NCBI GenBank assembly: GCA_963803045.1
Contig: CAWDLC010000014.1
Location: 114,003 to 178,002, forward strand
From: Candidatus Binataceae bacterium
GTDB lineage: Bacteria; Desulfobacterota; Binatia; Binatales; Binataceae
DNA length: 64,000 bases
Direction: 5' to 3'
Shown here: one piece after another, positions 40,925-50,654 of the stretch
Position numbering within the stretch: the first letter of the stretch is position 1
Layout: each line of letters begins with the position of its first letter
The notes under the pieces: generated by a model
Told to the model about the DNA's origin: nothing
The model's input: the letters and a program-made list of their open reading frames with translations, nothing else
The model's database searches: none
Translations under genes and position numbers: made by a program

Positions 40925-42124
40925 ATGAACAACGCCGAAATAATTGAACTCACGCATCGGCACATGGTCGATGTTTACGGATGCCTCCCGATTGCGTTCG
41001 TGCGCGGGCACGGCGCCTATCTGTACGACGCCGACGGGAACAGGTATCTCGATTTTTTCTGCGGACTGGCGGTCACCAGCCTGGGTCATGGAAATCCCCG
41101 CGTCGTGCGCGCTATCAAGGAGCAGGCAGAAAAACTCACGCACGTTTCCAACGTCTTTCACACCGAACCGACTGCGCGATTGATCGAGCGGCTGGCGAAT
41201 CGTTTCGGCGACGGAAAAGTTTTCCTGGGCAACTCCGGGGCCGAAGCCAACGAGGCCGCGATCAAGCTTGCGCGGCGCTGGGGCAACAACGCAGGCGGTG
41301 GGCGCTTCGAGATTTTGTCGACGCTCGGATCATTCCACGGACGCACGCTCGCCACGCTGAGCGCGACCGGCCAGGAGCGATACCATCAGGGCTTTCAACC
41401 GCTGGTGCCTGGCTTCAGACTCATGCCCTTCGACGATCTCGCGGCGCTCGATCGCGCCCGGCGCGACGAAACCGTCGGCGTGATGATCGAACCAATCCAG
41501 GGCGAGGGCGGCGTGGTCGTGCCTGGCGCGGACTACCTGAAGCGAATGCGCGACTGGTGCGATCGCAACAAGATGCTGCTGATTCTGGACGAAGTGCAAA
41601 CCGGAGTCGGGCGCACCGGGCGCTTCTTCGCCTACGAGCACGCCGGCATCAAACCCGACATCGTGACCCTGGCCAAGGCGCTCGGCGGTGGAATCCCGAT
41701 CGGTGCGATGATTGCGCGGCCCGAGTTCGCATCGAGCTTCACGCCGGGCAGCCACGGCAGCACGTTCGGCGGAAATCCAGTGGCGTGTGCGGCGGCGCTG
41801 GCCGTGATCGACGCGCTGGAGCAGGACGGCGTGCTGGACAACGCGTCGAGCGTCGGCGGCTATATCCTCGAGCGGCTCGGCAAATTTGCCCGCTCGTGCG
41901 ATCGAATCGTCGAAGTTCGGGGACTCGGAATGATCATCGGCGTGGTGCTCAAGCACGACGCGCGTCCGATCGTCGAGGAGTGCGTCAAGCAGCGGCTGCT
42001 GGTCAACGGCACTGCGGGCAACGTGCTGCGGCTGCTGCCGCCGCTGAACCTCACCCGCGAGGAAGCCGACGCCGGTCTTGCGATTATCGAAAATGCATTC
42101 AAGAGCGCGCCAATTCCGAAATGA
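40925..42124 (+). CDS. argD: acetylornithine aminotransferase
   Basis: NSGAEANEAAIKLAR, LDEVQTGVGRTG, TLAKALGGG. Confidence 0.9.
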   Translation: MNNAEIIELTHRHMVDVYGCLPIAFVRGHGAYLYDADGNRYLDFFCGLAVTSLGHGNPRVVRAIKEQAEKLTHVSNVFHTEPTARLIERLANRFGDGKVFLGNSGAEANEAAIKLARRWGNNAGGGRFEILSTLGSFHGRTLATLSATGQERYHQGFQPLVPGFRLMPFDDLAALDRARRDETVGVMIEPIQGEGGVVVPGADYLKRMRDWCDRNKMLLILDEVQTGVGRTGRFFAYEHAGIKPDIVTLAKALGGGIPIGAMIARPEFASSFTPGSHGSTFGGNPVACAAALAVIDALEQDGVLDNASSVGGYILERLGKFARSCDRIVEVRGLGMIIGVVLKHDARPIVEECVKQRLLVNGTAGNVLRLLPPLNLTREEADAGLAIIENAFKSAPIPK

Positions 42125-42143
42125 GTCGCGTCGCATACGCCAG

Positions 42144-43086
42144 ATGAAACGCGATTTCCTCGATCTCAGTTCGCTCTCGCCGGCTGAACTGACCGGACTG
42201 CTCGCGCTTGGCGCGCGGCTCAAGGCCGAGCTCAAGATCGGACTCGAGCATCCGTACCTGCGCGGCAAGACACTCGCGATGGTATTTCAGAAGCCGTCGC
42301 TGCGGACGCGAATCACGTTCGAGACCGGCATGGCGCAGCTTGGCGGGCATGCGATTTATCTCGCCCCGAATGATATCGGTATCGGGGAGCGCGAATCGGT
42401 CAAGGACGTCGCGCGCAACATTTCGCGGTCGGTGGATTTGATCATGATTCGCACCTTCTCGCACGAGACCGCGGTCGAGCTTGCGCGCGAGGCCACCGTG
42501 CCGGTCATCAATGGGCTCACCGATTTGCTGCATCCGTGCCAGTTGCTCGCCGATCTGATGACATTGCAGGAACACTTCGGGCGCGATCTCAGGAAGGTCC
42601 GCGTCGCGTTTGTGGGTGATGGATTCAACCTCGCGCAGAGCTGGATCGAGGCGGCCTCGATCGCGGGTTTCGAGCTTCGACTGGCTTGCCCCAAGGGTTA
42701 CGAGCCAGACAAGGCGTTTCGTCAATCGGCTGCGCAGCGAGGAAATCGGTACGCTCACTGACGATCCTGCCGAGGCGGTAAAGGACGCGGACGTCGTTTA
42801 CACCGACACCTGGACTTCGATGGGCCGTGAGAAAGAAGCCGCGCAGCGCCGGCGCGACTTCAAGGGGTTCCAGGTCAACGACGCGCTGCTGAAGAATGCG
42901 CGCAAGGGCGCGATCGTAATGCATTGCCTGCCGGCGCATCGCGGCGAGGAAATCACCGACGACGTGATCGACGGACCGCGCTCGGTCGTGCTCGATCAAG
43001 CCGAGAATCGGCTGCATGCGCAGAAGGCGGTGATGGTCTGGCTGATACGTCCTGAAATTTTGCAGACTTCGCCGTCGCCAGAGTGA
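42144..43086 (+). pseudogene. argF: ornithine carbamoyltransferase, one frameshift
   Basis: [37 protein letters not shown]. Frame change at about 42725 (ORF 42078..42761 into ORF 42610..43086). Confidence 0.85.
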
Positions 43087-44318
43087 GGGTCGGACGAATC
43101 GTGGCAACCGAGGAAATAAAAAAACTGGTGCTCGCCTACTCGGGCGGACTCGACACGTCGGTGATCCTGCGCTGGATCAAAGATCGCTTCGGATGCGAGG
43201 TGATCGCATATTGCGCGGACATCGGTCAGGGCGACGAGACCGAGGGTCTGGAAGAGAAGGCGCTCAAGACTGGAGCGAGCAAACTTCATATCGTTGATCT
43301 TCGCGAGGAATTCGCGCGCGACTTCGTGTTCCCGATGATGCGCGCGAATGCCGTGTACGAGGGCTATTATCTGCTGGGCACGTCGATCGCGCGGCCGATG
43401 ATCGCCAAGAAGCAGGTCGAGATCGCGCGCGAGGAAGGCGCCGACGCTGTCGCCCATGGCGCCACCGGCAAGGGTAACGACCAGGTGCGATTCGAGTTGA
43501 CGTTTGCGCGACTCGCGCCGGATCTCAAGATCGTCGCGCCGTGGCGCCGTCTCGATTGGCCGTTCAAAGGCCGCGCCGACATGGTCGCATACGCCAACGA
43601 AAAGAAGATTCCCGTGCCCGTGACCGCCGAGAAGCCGTACTCGATGGATCGCAACATGGTCCATGTCAGCTACGAGGGCGGTATCCTCGAGGACCCGTGG
43701 CGCGAGCCTTACAACGATATGTTCCGACTGACCGTCTCCGCCGAAGACGCGCCGAACAAGCCCGAGTACGTCGAAATCGAATACGCCGGCGGCAATCCGG
43801 TCGCAATCAATGGAGAGCGGCTCGCGCCCGCGCGGATTATCGAGCGCGCCAACGAAATCGCGGGTCGCCACGGGATCGGCCGCGTCGATTTGGTGGAGAA
43901 CCGTTACGTCGGAATCAAATCGCGCGGAGTTTACGAGACGCCCGGGGTGACAATTCTCTTCCACGGGCACCGTGCGGTTGAGCAACTCACGCTCGACCGC
44001 GAGGTGATGCATCTGCGCGACTCGCTTATCCCACGCTACGCGGAAATGGTGTATTACGGATATTGGTTTGCGCCCGAGCGTGAGGCGCTGCAGGCGCTGG
44101 TGGATGATACGCAGAAAGACGTGAGCGGAGTCGCGCGGCTGAAGCTCTTCAAGGGCGGCGTATGGATCGCCGGCCGCAAATCGCCGAACTCCCTCTACGA
44201 TCCGAAGATCGCGAGTTTCGAGGAAGCGGGCGGGTACAATCAGGCCGACGCCGACGGCTTCATCAGGCTCGCGGGGGTGAGGCTTCGAGCGCTGGCTCGT
44301 GTGAGTACCAAGAGCTGA
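43083..44318 (+). CDS. argG: argininosuccinate synthase
   Basis: [27 protein letters not shown] at 43083 overlaps the argF stop; GTG at 43101 is an alternative start. Confidence 0.9.
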   Translation: MRVGRIVATEEIKKLVLAYSGGLDTSVILRWIKDRFGCEVIAYCADIGQGDETEGLEEKALKTGASKLHIVDLREEFARDFVFPMMRANAVYEGYYLLGTSIARPMIAKKQVEIAREEGADAVAHGATGKGNDQVRFELTFARLAPDLKIVAPWRRLDWPFKGRADMVAYANEKKIPVPVTAEKPYSMDRNMVHVSYEGGILEDPWREPYNDMFRLTVSAEDAPNKPEYVEIEYAGGNPVAINGERLAPARIIERANEIAGRHGIGRVDLVENRYVGIKSRGVYETPGVTILFHGHRAVEQLTLDREVMHLRDSLIPRYAEMVYYGYWFAPEREALQALVDDTQKDVSGVARLKLFKGGVWIAGRKSPNSLYDPKIASFEEAGGYNQADADGFIRLAGVRLRALARVSTKS

Positions 44319-44350
44319 TCGTCACATCGATCATCAGAGGACGCATCGAG

Positions 44351-44527
44351 TTGGGCAAGGTCATCCAGTTCAAGCCGCCGCGAACACAGCCCAAGCTGGT
44401 ACCCCGTCCGCGCACGGGAGATTGTGATCACTGTCACCACAAGATGGACGTCCATATCACCCATCCCGACGGTTCGATGAGTTGTGCGGCACGCGGATGT
44501 TCCTGCCAATTGCGGCCCGCCAACTGA
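44351..44527 (+). CDS. possible small Cys/His-rich protein
   Basis: Open frame between argG and argH encoding ...GDCDHCHHKMDVHITHPDGSMSCAARGCSCQ. Only TTG (44351) or ATG (44444) starts are available. Confidence 0.25.
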   Translation: MGKVIQFKPPRTQPKLVPRPRTGDCDHCHHKMDVHITHPDGSMSCAARGCSCQLRPAN

Positions 44528-44596
44528 TGCGCGTGGATCTTGTCGCGGATTGCCCGCGGCGGGCTACTCCGCTCGTTTCACAGTGAAAGAGTGAAA

Positions 44597-46012
44597 ATGC
44601 GTCGCAGCCAGAAAAAGAACGCTAAAGCTGCGCCCGTCGGCGCCGCAGCGCGCAATCTCATCCGGGGAAGATTTGCGCGCGGTCGCATCCCCGAGGTCGA
44701 AGCCTTCACCGCGTCGTTGCCCTTTGACCGGCGGCTTTTTCGGCACGATATTCGCGGGTCGATCGCGCATGCGCGGATGCTCGAGAAGGCTGGACTGCTC
44801 AAGGCGGGCGAGTTGCGTGCAATCGTTGGCGGACTCGAGCGTATCGAGACTGAAATCGCGCAGGGACGCTTCAAGTTTGACATCTCCGATGAAGACATCC
44901 ACCTGGCGGTCGAGCGCCGGCTGATCGCGTTGATTGGTGAACCCGGGCGCAAGCTCCACACTGGGCGTTCGCGCAACGATCAGGTCGCGCTCGACATGCG
45001 GCTCTATCTCCGCGACGAGATTGCCGGCGTGATCGCGCTGGTTGCCGGGCTTCGCGCCGTGCTTATTCGGCTCGCCAGGCGCCACGTCGTCACGATCATG
45101 CCCGGCTATACGCATTTGCAACGCGCGCAGCCGGTCACGCTCGCGCATCATTTGCTCGCCTACGTCGAGATGCTTGGCCGGGATCGCGAGCGCTTCGAGC
45201 AGTCCGCGGCGCGCACGGCGATCATGCCGCTCGGCGCGGGAGCTTTGGCTGGGACGACGCTGCCGCTGGACCGCCGGATGGTCGCGCGAGCGTTGGGCTT
45301 CAAGGCGATCACCGCCAACAGCATGGACGCGGTGTCGGATCGCGACTTCGTGGTTGATTTTCTTTCGGCCGCCGCGCTCACGCAGGTGCATCTGTCGCGG
45401 ATGAGCGAAGAAATTATTCTCTGGACGAGCACAGAGTTTGGGTTCGCGGCGCTGCCCGATGAATTTTCGACTGGTAGTTCGATGATGCCGCAGAAAAAGA
45501 ATCCTGATCTGCTCGAACTGATCCGCAGCAAGACTGGCCGGGTAATCGGCGATTTGGTCGCCATGTTGACGGTTTTGAAGGGCCTTCCGCTGGCCTATAA
45601 CTCGGACTTGCAGGAAGACAAGGAACGTGTGTTCGACGCGCTCGACGCGCTCAACCCGGCGCTCGAACTGCTGGCGAAGTTCTGGCCGAAACTGCGGTTT
45701 GATACCAAACGCATGCGAGCGGCCGCGGGGGGATTTGCGCTGGCCACAGATCTCGCGGAATACCTGGTCAGTCGTGGCACTCCGTTTCGCCGGGCGCATG
45801 AAATCGTCGGCGCGATAGTCCGCGAGACGGCCGAAGCGGGCAGGACGCTCGAGAACCTGAGCATCGCGGATTTGAGACGGCATTCGGGCGCGTTTGGTGC
45901 CGACGCGATCGCGATTCTTCGAGCCGAGAACTCGGTTGCCCGGCGTACGATCGAAGGCGGTCCGGCGCCGTCCGCAGTCAAGCGCCGCCTCAAGGAGCTC
46001 GGACGCCGATGA
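44597..46012 (+). CDS. argH: argininosuccinate lyase
   Basis: GRSRNDQV, GYTHLQRAQP, GSSMMPQKKNPD. ATG at codon 20 of ORF 44540..46012. Confidence 0.9.
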   Translation: MRRSQKKNAKAAPVGAAARNLIRGRFARGRIPEVEAFTASLPFDRRLFRHDIRGSIAHARMLEKAGLLKAGELRAIVGGLERIETEIAQGRFKFDISDEDIHLAVERRLIALIGEPGRKLHTGRSRNDQVALDMRLYLRDEIAGVIALVAGLRAVLIRLARRHVVTIMPGYTHLQRAQPVTLAHHLLAYVEMLGRDRERFEQSAARTAIMPLGAGALAGTTLPLDRRMVARALGFKAITANSMDAVSDRDFVVDFLSAAALTQVHLSRMSEEIILWTSTEFGFAALPDEFSTGSSMMPQKKNPDLLELIRSKTGRVIGDLVAMLTVLKGLPLAYNSDLQEDKERVFDALDALNPALELLAKFWPKLRFDTKRMRAAAGGFALATDLAEYLVSRGTPFRRAHEIVGAIVRETAEAGRTLENLSIADLRRHSGAFGADAIAILRAENSVARRTIEGGPAPSAVKRRLKELGRR

Positions 46013-46515
46013 ATCGGGAAACCAACCGTGCGAAGTGGTTGACGTTGGCGCTCATGATCGCTGCGCTTGCAAGCGCGGTGTTCCTCGGATGCGGGGTGAA
46101 GTCACCGCCAATACCACCGGAGGCGGCGCGTCCCGAGAAAATCCTCGGCCTTGAGGCCGCCAATGCGAAGGAGGGAATTCGGCTGACCTGGGATCGCCCC
46201 GAAAGCTACGCCGGCGGCGAAAAGATGCGCGACCTCGGCAGCTTCGCAATCTCGCGCGCCCAAGCCGATGGGGCTGTCGAGAAGATTGGCGACATCGAGG
46301 TGCATGACGAAGGGCGATTCCAGGTACAACGCTCTTTTACCTTCATCGACAACGCGACCATTCTGGGCAAGACCTATCGTTACCAGGTGACTTCCAGCAC
46401 CACCGACGGTTACGTTAGCGAGCCGTCGAACGATGTGACGATCGTGCGCAAGGCTGCATCGGCTCCGCCGAACCCGGAAAATTTCGTGGTGCCTACCCCC
46501 GTTCCGCTTCGATAG
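46009..46515 (+). CDS. lipoprotein with LptM/YifL-like leader and a beta-rich (Fn3-like) body
   Basis: Lipobox FLGCGVKSPPIPP, in the position upstream of lysA/dapF where such lipoprotein genes usually sit. Confidence 0.55.
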   Translation: MNRETNRAKWLTLALMIAALASAVFLGCGVKSPPIPPEAARPEKILGLEAANAKEGIRLTWDRPESYAGGEKMRDLGSFAISRAQADGAVEKIGDIEVHDEGRFQVQRSFTFIDNATILGKTYRYQVTSSTTDGYVSEPSNDVTIVRKAASAPPNPENFVVPTPVPLR

Positions 46516-46645
46516 CACCGGGCGCGAGCGCAACCGCAGCGAGTGCTCGTTTATTCGCCGCGCTGCGCTATGATAGAAACCATTCTTCACCCATCGCACC
46601 GCCGTCGAGCGAGCAAAGCAGCCGCGTGACCGACGCCACATCGCA

Positions 46646-47905
46646 ATGAACTACTTCGAATACCGCAACGATCAGCTTTATGCCGAGGACGTGCCGATCG
46701 CCGATTTGGCGCGGCGAATCAACACGCCTTTTTTCGTATATAGCGCGCGCACCCTCAGGCGGCATTTCCGGGTCTTCGACGAGGCCTTCGCCGGCACCGA
46801 CCATTTGGTCTGCTACGCAATGAAGGCGCTCTCGAATCTGAGCATCCTGAAATTGTTCGCCTCGATGGGCGCGGGATTCGATATCGTCTCCGTCGGCGAG
46901 CTGATGCGATGCCTGCGAATCGGTGCAGACCCGCGCAAAATTGTCTTCTCCGGCGTCGGCAAGACCGACGAGGAAATCGCGGCTGCGCTCGAAGCCGGCA
47001 TCCTGATGATCAACGTCGAGTCGCGCCCGGAACTGCATCGCGTGGCCGAGGTCGCGGGCAGGATGAAGCGTCGCGCACCGGTCAGCCTGCGCGTGAATCC
47101 CGATCTCGATCCGGGCACGCATCCGCACATTTCCACCGGCCATCGCGACAGCAAGTTTGGTGTACCACTCTCGCAGGTGGACGAATACTACGCGGAAGCG
47201 AGCACGCTGGCGCAGCTTGAAATCGTCGGTCTGAGCACGCATATCGGCTCGCAGATAACCGAGATGGCGCCGTTTGCCGAAGCGGGACAGAAGGTTGCCG
47301 CGATTGTCGGGCGGCTCCGCAGCGCGGGAATCGCGCTCAAGTATCTGGATCTCGGGGGCGGTCTCGGAATCCCCTATCAGGAGCAGCCGCCGCCGCCTTC
47401 GGAATACGCGCACGCTCTGCTCAAGCCGATCGCGGGTCTTGGGCTCAAGATAATCACCGAGCCGGGACGTGTTATGGTCGGCAACGCGGGCGTGTTGGTG
47501 ACGCGAGTCCTCTATAACAAGGAGACCGACGTGAAGCGCTTCGTCGTTATCGACGGCGCGATGAACGATTTGATTCGCCCCGTGCTTTACGAGGCCTATC
47601 ACGCAATCATTCCCGTCGATCGCCGCAGGCCCGGCAAGACCGTGACGGCAGACATCGTTGGCCCGGTTTGCGAGAGCGGCGATTTCTTCGCGCGCGAGCG
47701 TGAGATGGCTGAGCCTGAAGAGGGCGACTTGCTCGCAGTGATGAGCGCCGGCGCTTATGGCTTCGTCATGTCGTCGAACTACAATAGTCGCCCGCGCGCG
47801 CCCGAGGTCATGGTCGACGGCGCCGAAGTGCACGTGATTCGCGAGCGCGAGAGTTTCGAGGACCTGATCCGCGGCGAACATATAGTTACCCTCAAGCCGG
47901 CGTGA
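46646..47905 (+). CDS. lysA: diaminopimelate decarboxylase
   Basis: TPFFVYS, YAMKALSN, GGGLGIPY, CESGD. Confidence 0.9.
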   Translation: MNYFEYRNDQLYAEDVPIADLARRINTPFFVYSARTLRRHFRVFDEAFAGTDHLVCYAMKALSNLSILKLFASMGAGFDIVSVGELMRCLRIGADPRKIVFSGVGKTDEEIAAALEAGILMINVESRPELHRVAEVAGRMKRRAPVSLRVNPDLDPGTHPHISTGHRDSKFGVPLSQVDEYYAEASTLAQLEIVGLSTHIGSQITEMAPFAEAGQKVAAIVGRLRSAGIALKYLDLGGGLGIPYQEQPPPPSEYAHALLKPIAGLGLKIITEPGRVMVGNAGVLVTRVLYNKETDVKRFVVIDGAMNDLIRPVLYEAYHAIIPVDRRRPGKTVTADIVGPVCESGDFFAREREMAEPEEGDLLAVMSAGAYGFVMSSNYNSRPRAPEVMVDGAEVHVIRERESFEDLIRGEHIVTLKPA

Positions 47906-47920
47906 GAGCGCACAAACGCG

Positions 47921-48811
47921 ATGGCAACGCTCGAATTCACCAAGATGCACGGATGCGGCAACGACTATATCTACATCGTTGCTTTGCGCGCGCGTCCCGC
48001 CGATCCTTGCGCACTTTCGGTTAAGCTTTCCGACCGCCACTTTGGCGTAGGCGGCGACGGTCTGATCATGCTCGCGCCGTCAAGCAACGCCGATATACGA
48101 ATGGAGATGTACAACGCGGACGGAAGCCGCGGCGCCATATGTGGCAACGGAATCCGATGCCTTGCACGGCTCGCCTTTGAGCGCGGCCTCGTGCGCGCAA
48201 ATCCGATGGTTGTGGAAACCGACGCCGGGCTCAAGACGGTCGAGCTGCGGATGGAAGGCCGCCGCGTGGTCGGCGCGACGGTCGATATGGGCGAGCCGAT
48301 TCTCGAAGGCCGCGACATCCCGGTCGATGCCGTCGGCCGAATTGTAGACTATCCACTGGATGTCGCAGGCCAGCACGAGTTGATCACGGCGGTATCGATG
48401 GGCAACCCGCATTGCGTCGTGTTCGTTGGTGATGAAGGCGTGTTCAAGCTTCAGGATCGTGATTTCGCAGAGCTGGGCCGCAAGTTCGAGCATCATCCGT
48501 TCTTTCCCCGCGGCGTAAATACCGAGTTCATCAGGGCCGTCTCGCGCCGCAATCTCAGGATGCGCGTGTGGGAGCGCGGCTCGGGCGAAACCTGGGCCTG
48601 CGGCACCGGAGCATGCGCGGCACTGGTCGCGGCGGTTCTGACAAATCACTCCGAGCGGATCGCGACGGTAGAGTTACGTGGCGGCAATCTTGAAATCGAA
48701 TGGCGCGCCGACGGAGCCGATGCGAATCACGTTTTCATGACCGGCAACGCCGTCGAGGTTTTTCGCGGCGAGGTCGAGCTGGGCGCGGACGAGATGGTTC
48801 CGGTGAGTTGA
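47921..48811 (+). CDS. dapF: diaminopimelate epimerase
   Basis: FTKMHGCGNDYIYI, CGNGIRC, ACGTGACA. Confidence 0.9.
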   Translation: MATLEFTKMHGCGNDYIYIVALRARPADPCALSVKLSDRHFGVGGDGLIMLAPSSNADIRMEMYNADGSRGAICGNGIRCLARLAFERGLVRANPMVVETDAGLKTVELRMEGRRVVGATVDMGEPILEGRDIPVDAVGRIVDYPLDVAGQHELITAVSMGNPHCVVFVGDEGVFKLQDRDFAELGRKFEHHPFFPRGVNTEFIRAVSRRNLRMRVWERGSGETWACGTGACAALVAAVLTNHSERIATVELRGGNLEIEWRADGADANHVFMTGNAVEVFRGEVELGADEMVPVS

Positions 48812-48833
48812 ATAAGGCGGGAGGCTTCGAGCG

Positions 48834-49706
48834 ATGTTCAATGGGGCACTGACGGCACTTGTTACACCATTTCGCGATGGCGAGGTGGACGCGCCAGCGT
48901 TGCGCGACCTTGTCGAATGGCAGATTCAGAGCGGAATCGACGGGCTGGTCCCGTGCGGCTCGACCGGTGAAGCCGCCACGCTAACGCACGCAGAGCATGA
49001 CAACGTGATCAAGCTCACGATCGAGCAGGCGCGAAAGCGCGTCCCGGTGATCGCGGGCACCGGCTCGAACTCGACTGCGGAAGCGATTCGGCTGACCGCG
49101 TCTGCGCGCGAAATGGGCGCGGACGGCGCGTTGTTAATATCGCCCTATTACAACAAGCCCACCCAGGATGGCATCTTCAGGCACTACAAGATGATCGCGG
49201 CGAGCGTGGATCTGCCGCTGATCGTGTACAACATCCCCGGTCGCACGGCCTCGAATATCGCGCCCGAGACCTTTGCGCGACTCAGCGAAATCAAGAACAT
49301 CGTTGGCGTCAAGGAAGCGTCGGGCTCGATGGATCAGTCGTCCGACATCTTGAAGCTGTGCGGCGACCGGCTCACGATCCTTTCCGGCGACGACGGCTTG
49401 ACGCTGCCGCTGATCGCGCTCGGTGCGAAGGGGGTGATCGCGACGTGCAGCAACGTAGTCCCGCGCCAGATGCACGATCTTGCGGCCGCCGCGCTCGGCG
49501 GCGATTTCGTCAACGCGCGCGAGATCCATTACCGATTGCTGCCGCTGATGCGTGCGCTGTTCGTCGAAACCAATCCGATTCCCGTCAAGCAGGCGCTCGC
49601 GTTCATGGGCAAGTGCGCCAACGAGCTGCGGATGCCGTTGGTGCCGATGACCGCAGGCCCGGCGGAGAAGTTGCGCATCGCGATGAAGGAACTCCGCCTC
49701 GTCTGA
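48834..49706 (+). CDS. dapA: 4-hydroxy-tetrahydrodipicolinate synthase
   Basis: ALVTPF, GSTGEAATLT, YNIPGRT, GVKEASG. Confidence 0.9.
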   Translation: MFNGALTALVTPFRDGEVDAPALRDLVEWQIQSGIDGLVPCGSTGEAATLTHAEHDNVIKLTIEQARKRVPVIAGTGSNSTAEAIRLTASAREMGADGALLISPYYNKPTQDGIFRHYKMIAASVDLPLIVYNIPGRTASNIAPETFARLSEIKNIVGVKEASGSMDQSSDILKLCGDRLTILSGDDGLTLPLIALGAKGVIATCSNVVPRQMHDLAAAALGGDFVNAREIHYRLLPLMRALFVETNPIPVKQALAFMGKCANELRMPLVPMTAGPAEKLRIAMKELRLV

Positions 49707-49708
49707 TC

Positions 49709-49740
49709 ATCCGCGCCTAAGCCTAGTTCGCGATTTTTCT
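49709..49740 (+). repeat. direct repeat A, copy 1
   Basis: ATCCGCGCC-TAAGC-CTAGTTCGCGATTTTTCT, 3 nt after the dapA stop; 29/32 identical to 54249..54280. Confidence 0.8.
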
Positions 49741-49788
49741 ACGGGCGTGCACTCTTTCCCGAACGCGTTGACAACTGATAGTTGATCC

Positions 49789-50487
49789 ATGATGCTCTCC
49801 GAGTTTTGTCGCCGCAGATCCCCCGCCGCCGCGCTTCTAATAGGTGCAGTGCTGGCCGTCGCATGCGCAGCCCTTCTCGTTGGATGCTCGATCGAAGTAA
49901 GAAAACTGCCGATCACCTATGTTCCGCAGCAGAACGCGCAGGCGATCAAGGGCGCTGACGCTGTTCCGGTAGAAGTCACCGTTGACGATATGCAGCCCCA
50001 GGAATCCATGAACCTTTTTACCCAAGAGCCACGTTTCCACGTCGAAGATGCGGCGGGTACCGTGAAGGGGGCAGCCGAGACCGAATTGAAAGCGCGCGGA
50101 TTCAAGATCGCCGGTGGCGGCGCACTGGTCACTATCCAGCTCGATCGATTCGCGGCACAGACGGAAACCGGCGGCGCGTTGGGACTCACCGTGACTGCGC
50201 GAGGTTATCTTTCGATGCGGGTCCACGTACGGTCGCAGACCGGCAAGGTGCTGTTTTCAAGAAACGTCGGAGCTGAAGGCGATCCGATTAGCGGGACGCC
50301 TTGGAAAGTCGGGCTGCATCCGGCCACACACGAGCTTCAGGAATCGCTCGCGGAAGTGTTCAAGGGACTATTTGCTGACCCCGCGTTTACGGCTGGGATC
50401 CTCGCGACGCGTCAGCCGCCTCCCGCCAAACCCGTTGCCAGTCCAGTCCGTGTCTCCGGCGCTTTCGCCACAATGTCGCGACGTTGA
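49789..50487 (+). CDS. lipoprotein (YajG-like?)
   Basis: Lipobox ALLVGCS. The last ~15 codons are read through repeat C copy 1, which is antisense to an HTH-coding sequence. Confidence 0.5.
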   Translation: MMLSEFCRRRSPAAALLIGAVLAVACAALLVGCSIEVRKLPITYVPQQNAQAIKGADAVPVEVTVDDMQPQESMNLFTQEPRFHVEDAAGTVKGAAETELKARGFKIAGGGALVTIQLDRFAAQTETGGALGLTVTARGYLSMRVHVRSQTGKVLFSRNVGAEGDPISGTPWKVGLHPATHELQESLAEVFKGLFADPAFTAGILATRQPPPAKPVASPVRVSGAFATMSRR

Positions 50488-50491
50488 TTCC
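50444..50491 (+). repeat. direct repeat C, copy 1
   Basis: 47/48 identical to 50661..50708, the 3' end of the activator gene. Confidence 0.85.
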
Positions 50492-50561
50492 CTGCCTCCT
50501 TCCACCCCGCCTTGGGTGGCGATGCGACTCCAGCTATGATCGCCTTTTCCGGATGGAGCCA
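50492..50561 (+). repeat. direct repeat B, copy 1 (copy of the hisH leader)
   Basis: 65/70 identical to 54300..54369. Contains hairpin CCACCC-CGCCTT-GGGTGG. The ATG of hisH is ACG in this copy. Confidence 0.85.
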
Positions 50562-50654
50562 CGGACGCCTCGAGGCTGCGATCGGGAAAACACGCAGTAA
50601 CGACAGGCAATCTGCGGCTGATCGATGCCGTCTTCCGTTCTTTCCTCCGACAGC

